Positions 59,979 to 64,000 of a DNA stretch of 64,000 nucleotides are shown piece after piece. Origin of the DNA: a virus; the IMG/VR virus record IMGVR_UViG_3300013108_000188; one strand, given 5' to 3'. How positions within the stretch are numbered: the first letter of the stretch is position 1; every line of letters starts with the position of its first letter. The notes beneath the pieces are model-generated. The model was not told the DNA's origin. It ran no database searches and saw only the letters and a list, made by a program, of their open reading frames with translations. A program made the position numbers and the translations under genes.

Positions 59979-60304
59979 TACACTCCAAAACTTTCTCCAC
60001 AACCACAACTTGATGTTGCGTTTGGGTTTGTTAATTGTAAAAATGACCCAAATATTTCTTTCTTATATTCTATCGTCATTCCTGCTAACATTAATATGCT
60101 AGACTTATCTATTAACAATGTAAAGTTATCATATTCTAAAACTTCATCATTGTCGCTCTTGTCGTTTTCAAACGACCACTCGTATTTAAAACCTGCACAA
60201 CCACCACCTTTAACTTCTAAACGAACATATTTTTTATTATGTTCTTTAGATAGGTCTGTCAAGTGAGCGTTGGCGCTTTCTGTTATAGTTATTAAGTTGT
60301 TCAT
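59978..60304 (-). CDS. iscA: A-type Fe-S cluster carrier (IscA/SufA/HesB)
   Basis: ITITESA, VRLEVKGGGCAGFKY, NPNATSSCGCGESF. Confidence 0.93.
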   Translation of the reverse strand: MNNLITITESANAHLTDLSKEHNKKYVRLEVKGGGCAGFKYEWSFENDKSDNDEVLEYDNFTLLIDKSSILMLAGMTIEYKKEIFGSFLQLTNPNATSSCGCGESFGV

Positions 60305-60533
60305 TATTCTGTTGTTCTATTTCTCCTTGGTATTCACAACCAATCTGAAATGATATTGCGTCACCTGTATTGTTTATATAAGTTATCATTTCTTCTGCTT
60401 TGTATTCAGCACGGACCATACATTCTTCTTGCGTGTTATAAAACGCTTCAGGAAATTCATATTTCTTTTCGCAATCACCACCTGGTAATAATACACAAAA
60501 TATAGCAAATACTTTCCACATTAGGCGTTCCAC
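60246..60533 (-). CDS. Hypothetical protein with spaced Cys residues
   Basis: FCVLLPGGDC...FYNTQEECM...IGCEY. Confidence 0.5.
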   Translation of the reverse strand: MERLMWKVFAIFCVLLPGGDCEKKYEFPEAFYNTQEECMVRAEYKAEEMITYINNTGDAISFQIGCEYQGEIEQQNNEQLNNYNRKRQRSLDRPI

Positions 60534-60709
60534 CCATTGCCTAAATTATCTCCCATATCTTCAGCGTCTTCTAATAACAAGTCTTCTAATTCTATTAACA
60601 TATTATATAACTCAACTATATCAATTTGTAATTGCCATACCGTATAACATAAAAATAGTATGACTATTAATTGAAGTAATAATACTAAATCTTTCAAAGT
60701 CTTTCTCAT
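60521..60709 (-). CDS. Small membrane protein (62 aa)
   Basis: N-terminal hydrophobic helix, acidic tail. Confidence 0.5.
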   Translation of the reverse strand: MRKTLKDLVLLLQLIVILFLCYTVWQLQIDIVELYNMLIELEDLLLEDAEDMGDNLGNGWNA

Positions 60710-60724
60710 ACTATAATATTTATC

Positions 60725-60859
60725 CTATCCCCAAAAGTACATAATCAGTACACCAATTAATATACCTTCCAACCAAGCTAACCAACAAGCTAACATAGGT
60801 CTTCTTCTAATAAAGGATAATTTCATATCCCACAAATAATTAAATAATTTCGCTAACAT
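60725..60859 (-). CDS. Small membrane protein (44 aa)
   Basis: MLAKLFNYLWDMKLSFIRRRPMLACWLAWLEGILIGVLIMYFWG; TATAAATA at 60868-60875 just upstream. Confidence 0.5.
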   Translation of the reverse strand: MLAKLFNYLWDMKLSFIRRRPMLACWLAWLEGILIGVLIMYFWG

Positions 60860-60895
60860 AGTAGTAATATTTATACCCTATGTTAGCGACTTGTT

Positions 60896-61837
60896 TTATT
60901 CTACTTTTGAGATTGCTTCTTTTGGATTTGCTAATGGTACTAAACCAAGGTCTTTTAGATAACCTCTTTTACCACTTGCTTTCTTACTTGTAAATTCTTT
61001 TACATATTCCTCAATACCAGGTATAACACCTATGTGTTGATTTTTTACATAAAAGTATAATGGTCTACTTATTGGATAAGAACCATCTTGTATTGATGAT
61101 AAAGATATTTTAACACTTTCAATTGTATGTGCTTGAACTTTATCTTTTGAATTATCATAATAACTAAAACCAAATATACCAAAGTATTCTGGTTCGCCTA
61201 CAAGTTTATTAATAATCAAAGTATCGTTTTCACCTACTTCAATAACTGGTCCATCTTCTCTTAACATATAACACGCTTTTTTGCCTTGTTCTTTTAAGAT
61301 ACTTTCTGGACATCCTTTTTTCATAACTAAACTATTCCAAGCATCCCTTGTACCACTTGTAGCAGGTGGTGTAAGTATTGCTATTTTATAGTCTGGTAAA
61401 GACGGATCAATATCTGACCATTTCTTTGGTTTAGAACCAAGGTCTGACATTGCTTGCCATAGTTGTTCTTTTGTAAAATTAAATGATTTACCTTTTACTG
61501 AACTTGTAAAAGCAATACCATCTAATCCAACAATAACTTGTGTAATATCGGTTACACCGTTATTCTTGCATAATGTTAATTCTTTTGATTTTATCTTTCT
61601 ACTTGCATTTGACATATCTGGTGTATTTGTACCAATGCCTTTACAAAATAGTTTCATTCCACCACCAGTACCAGTTGATTCAATAATAGGTGTTTTAAAA
61701 CCTGACTTACCAAATCTTTCTGCGACTACGGTTGAAAAAGGATAAACGGTAGAACTACCGACTATGTTAATTTGTTCTCTTGCATATGATATAGTTGTCA
61801 TCAAACATAATAATATAATAGTTGTTAATATTCTCAT
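60896..61837 (-). CDS. pstS: Phosphate ABC transporter substrate-binding protein
   Basis: Signal peptide; IVGSSTVYPF, ESTGTGGGMKLFC, NASRKIK, SGTRD, FGFSY, YPISRPLYFYVK. Confidence 0.92.
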   Translation of the reverse strand: MRILTTIILLCLMTTISYAREQINIVGSSTVYPFSTVVAERFGKSGFKTPIIESTGTGGGMKLFCKGIGTNTPDMSNASRKIKSKELTLCKNNGVTDITQVIVGLDGIAFTSSVKGKSFNFTKEQLWQAMSDLGSKPKKWSDIDPSLPDYKIAILTPPATSGTRDAWNSLVMKKGCPESILKEQGKKACYMLREDGPVIEVGENDTLIINKLVGEPEYFGIFGFSYYDNSKDKVQAHTIESVKISLSSIQDGSYPISRPLYFYVKNQHIGVIPGIEEYVKEFTSKKASGKRGYLKDLGLVPLANPKEAISKVE

Positions 61838-62125
61838 TTAGGTTTCCTATGTTTTACTTTAGAGTTTATTCAATAGTATTTAACATAGAAAAAAACGATT
61901 TAACAAAACTTTAATATATCGCAAGTTGCCATCAGTTTGCTTTGAAATGCTGAGAGATTCCGAGTCGCCGTTCCACGCATTTATTTGAAAAATCGTGTCG
62001 TTTCTGAAAATCTGTCTTGGAGCAGTACTTGGAGGTCTTTCCTGAAGGTTCAACACATATAGTTATAATATTCCGTATCCTCAGCGCTTCATTATATAAG
62101 TGAAAAATATTGTTAATTATTTCAC

Positions 62126-62154
62126 TAGACATTGTTATTAGATTATGTTAGATT
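62126..62154 (+). promoter_or_regulatory. Sigma70-type promoter (TAGACA-17 nt-TAGATT, extended TG)
   Basis: Same architecture as 57425-57453; precedes the plus-strand ORF at 62187. Confidence 0.55.
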
Positions 62155-62186
62155 ATACACATAACAACTAAAAGGAGAAAAACACT

Positions 62187-62528
62187 ATGACTAATAAATT
62201 ACCAAAAGACTTTATCGTATCAAACGAATATTGTGTAATTGAACCTGGTCTAACAAAGTTTAATAAAGACCAGATAATATCACATAAAGAGTTAATGTCT
62301 GTAGATATAAATTCTGTTAAAGTAATACCACATATGTCCGATGATAATTCAGATAAAGACTATGAAAAGTTAAATGATAATATAACAGACATATTGAATA
62401 AAGCTGAAGATAAAATATCTGATTTGATTGAAGACTATAATGATAAGTATGATGACCAATATATTGATACTTATGATATGTCTAGTTTATTTGACCAGTT
62501 GAAAGATTATATTGACGACCACCAGTAG
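62187..62528 (+). CDS. Acidic hypothetical protein (113 aa)
   Basis: AAGGAG RBS plus AAACACTATG leader; strongly Asp-rich C-terminal half. Confidence 0.7.
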   Translation: MTNKLPKDFIVSNEYCVIEPGLTKFNKDQIISHKELMSVDINSVKVIPHMSDDNSDKDYEKLNDNITDILNKAEDKISDLIEDYNDKYDDQYIDTYDMSSLFDQLKDYIDDHQ

Positions 62529-62548
62529 TATAAATAAAAGTAAACTCG

Positions 62549-62725
62549 GTGAAGAAAAAAACAAGAAAACATAGAGTTCCTTTCAAAAGAAAACCAGTAG
62601 ATAAAGTGCCCTTTGGGTTTGACCCTACTAGTCCTCTAACATTACACTATATTTCAACAGGTGCTATACTTCCACACAATTCAACTTATAGAAGAAAAAC
62701 ACATCCGAAAAAAAATCCTGTTTAA
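62549..62725 (+). CDS. Small basic protein (58 aa, GTG start)
   Basis: MKKKTRKHRVPFKRKPVDKVPFGFDPTSPLTLHYISTGAILPHNSTYRRKTHPKKNPV; plus-strand TATAAATA at 62529-62536. Confidence 0.4.
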   Translation: MKKKTRKHRVPFKRKPVDKVPFGFDPTSPLTLHYISTGAILPHNSTYRRKTHPKKNPV

Positions 62726-62875
62726 AAACTAGTAAATGTATTTGAGATATGAAGGCCTGCTTTTATCTCTAGTATCGTCTATTGCATTTATAGATTAGAG
62801 TCAAAAGGCCAAATTGAATGTCGCCGACTATATATGAGTTTTTCAGGATTGCTGTTTATAATATACAATATATTA

Positions 62876-63934
62876 TTAGTTAAGGTTAATAGTTTTACCT
62901 GTCTTTGTATTATCACCTGTGACCGTTTCTGTTCTTTGGCCTGCTATTGTTTCTGCGTGGCTACCATCAACGGTTAGTGTATAATTACCACCCACCTTTA
63001 GGTTATAGTCTCCACCTGCATTGACATTGACCTTACCTGTTCTCGTAACCAAATTAACATCACCATCATCCACTTGTATATTGATATTGGCCTTGGCACC
63101 TATTTGTATATCATAGTGGTTGTTCTCAGCGCCTGATTTATTAATATAAACCTTATGGCGGCCATCTATTGTAATATCTGAATTTCCTTCTATGTAATGG
63201 TAATCGTGGCCAATGGTGTATTGGTGATTATCCTTTTTTATTAAATTGACTTGGTCGCCATTGGCCAACCATTCTAAAGAGGTTCCTGTTTTATGGCGTG
63301 TGTGTATTCTCTCGGCATTTGGCGTATCATCAAATTCTTGTATATGGCCTGCTTCTGTTTCATAGACTTTATTGTAAGGGTAGGTTGCATTATAGCCAGA
63401 GCTTGGTTGAGAAAAAGTTGTGGTGTCCGATTGTTTAATTTCAGAATCATCAGCGGCCGTTGTTTCAGGACTACCAACAAAGTCTGCTGTGGCCACATTG
63501 GAGATACTGGTAGCATTTCTTATTTCATTGACCAAACTCGGTTGGCCAGTCGCCAGTCTATTCATATCAGACTCTCCAATATATTTCGGGTATATACCTT
63601 GGCCATCATAGAAGGCCTTGTCATACCATCGGCTAGAGTACTCGGTAGGTTTACCAGGTAATGTGCCTAACACGACTGGTTGTTGCATTGTCTCCCCATC
63701 TCGGAAGAATCCAAAAACCCAAGTACCATTGACCAAAAAGGTAGGAGAGGTACCTAGTCCAGAGATACCGCTAGCAGTCGTTGGCAACAATGGCTGTGCC
63801 CACGGCAGGTCGGCTGTGGGTAATGCTGTTTTATTTTCAGAATGAAAACCTAAACAACGAACACGCACACGGCCTGCTTTGTGTGGGTCTTGTCTGTCTT
63901 CTACTATTCCTGTAAAATGTATAAACTTGGCCAT
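62876..63934 (-). CDS. g5: Baseplate hub/central spike protein (gp5), no lysozyme domain evident
   Basis: OB-fold GIVEDRQDP..AGRVRVRCLGFH, LPWA, GTWVFGFFRDGETMQQP; YPYNKVYETEAGHIQEFDDTP..ERI; C-terminal beta-helix repeats. Confidence 0.92.
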   Translation of the reverse strand: MAKFIHFTGIVEDRQDPHKAGRVRVRCLGFHSENKTALPTADLPWAQPLLPTTASGISGLGTSPTFLVNGTWVFGFFRDGETMQQPVVLGTLPGKPTEYSSRWYDKAFYDGQGIYPKYIGESDMNRLATGQPSLVNEIRNATSISNVATADFVGSPETTAADDSEIKQSDTTTFSQPSSGYNATYPYNKVYETEAGHIQEFDDTPNAERIHTRHKTGTSLEWLANGDQVNLIKKDNHQYTIGHDYHYIEGNSDITIDGRHKVYINKSGAENNHYDIQIGAKANINIQVDDGDVNLVTRTGKVNVNAGGDYNLKVGGNYTLTVDGSHAETIAGQRTETVTGDNTKTGKTINLN

Positions 63935-64000
63935 TTTTATTCCTATACTGCGTTATTTAATTGTACTGCGTGATACATCATTTATTACTATTTATTCCAA

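Noticed and set aside
61932-62132. 66-aa minus-strand ORF
   Set aside because: It starts within the divergent promoter, has no RBS and has atypical composition.
63274-63845. Several ORFs overlapping g5
   Set aside because: Explained by the locally higher GC reducing stop-codon frequency.
1-64000. tRNA, rRNA, introns, inteins, homing endonucleases, integrase, CRISPR
   Set aside because: None recognised; core genes such as g17 and g18 are uninterrupted and of normal length, and intergenic space is minimal. A tRNAscan/Infernal run would be needed to exclude small RNAs.

Overview
This window is the virion-morphogenesis region of an AT-rich, T4-like marine myovirus. Gene content (Shemin-type ALA synthase, hemO/pcyX-like pair, PstS, IscA, NifU) points to an alphaproteobacterial host, plausibly SAR11 (HTVC008M-like pelagimyophage); this is an inference. 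Almost all genes are on the minus strand. From the right end: gp5, an accessory island (pstS, iscA, nifU-like, 2OG-Fe(II) oxygenase, short plus-strand early-type genes), PAAR, gp25, gp6, gp7, a gp9/gp10-like protein, gp8, a 2034-aa structural protein and a fibre protein. Next is a ~10 kb tightly coupled enzyme cluster (30.6-40.8 kb): four radical SAM/SPASM-like enzymes, two 2OG-Fe(II) oxygenases, a cupin, a glycosyltransferase-like protein and several orphans. It surrounds a virion-like protein ending in CHSSCHSSCHGSRSRR. Then come fibre/adhesin genes including three RCC1-like propeller proteins, a tetrapyrrole cassette (degenerate heme oxygenase paralog, hemO, pcyX-like reductase, ALA synthase), gp13-15, terminase gp16/gp17, sheath gp18, tube gp19 and the 5' part of portal gp20. 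The best candidate for an undescribed system is the RiPP-like radical SAM cluster, which may post-translationally modify a phage structural protein. No tRNA, rRNA, CRISPR array or mobile element was recognised. All calls come from manual motif recognition, without database searches.
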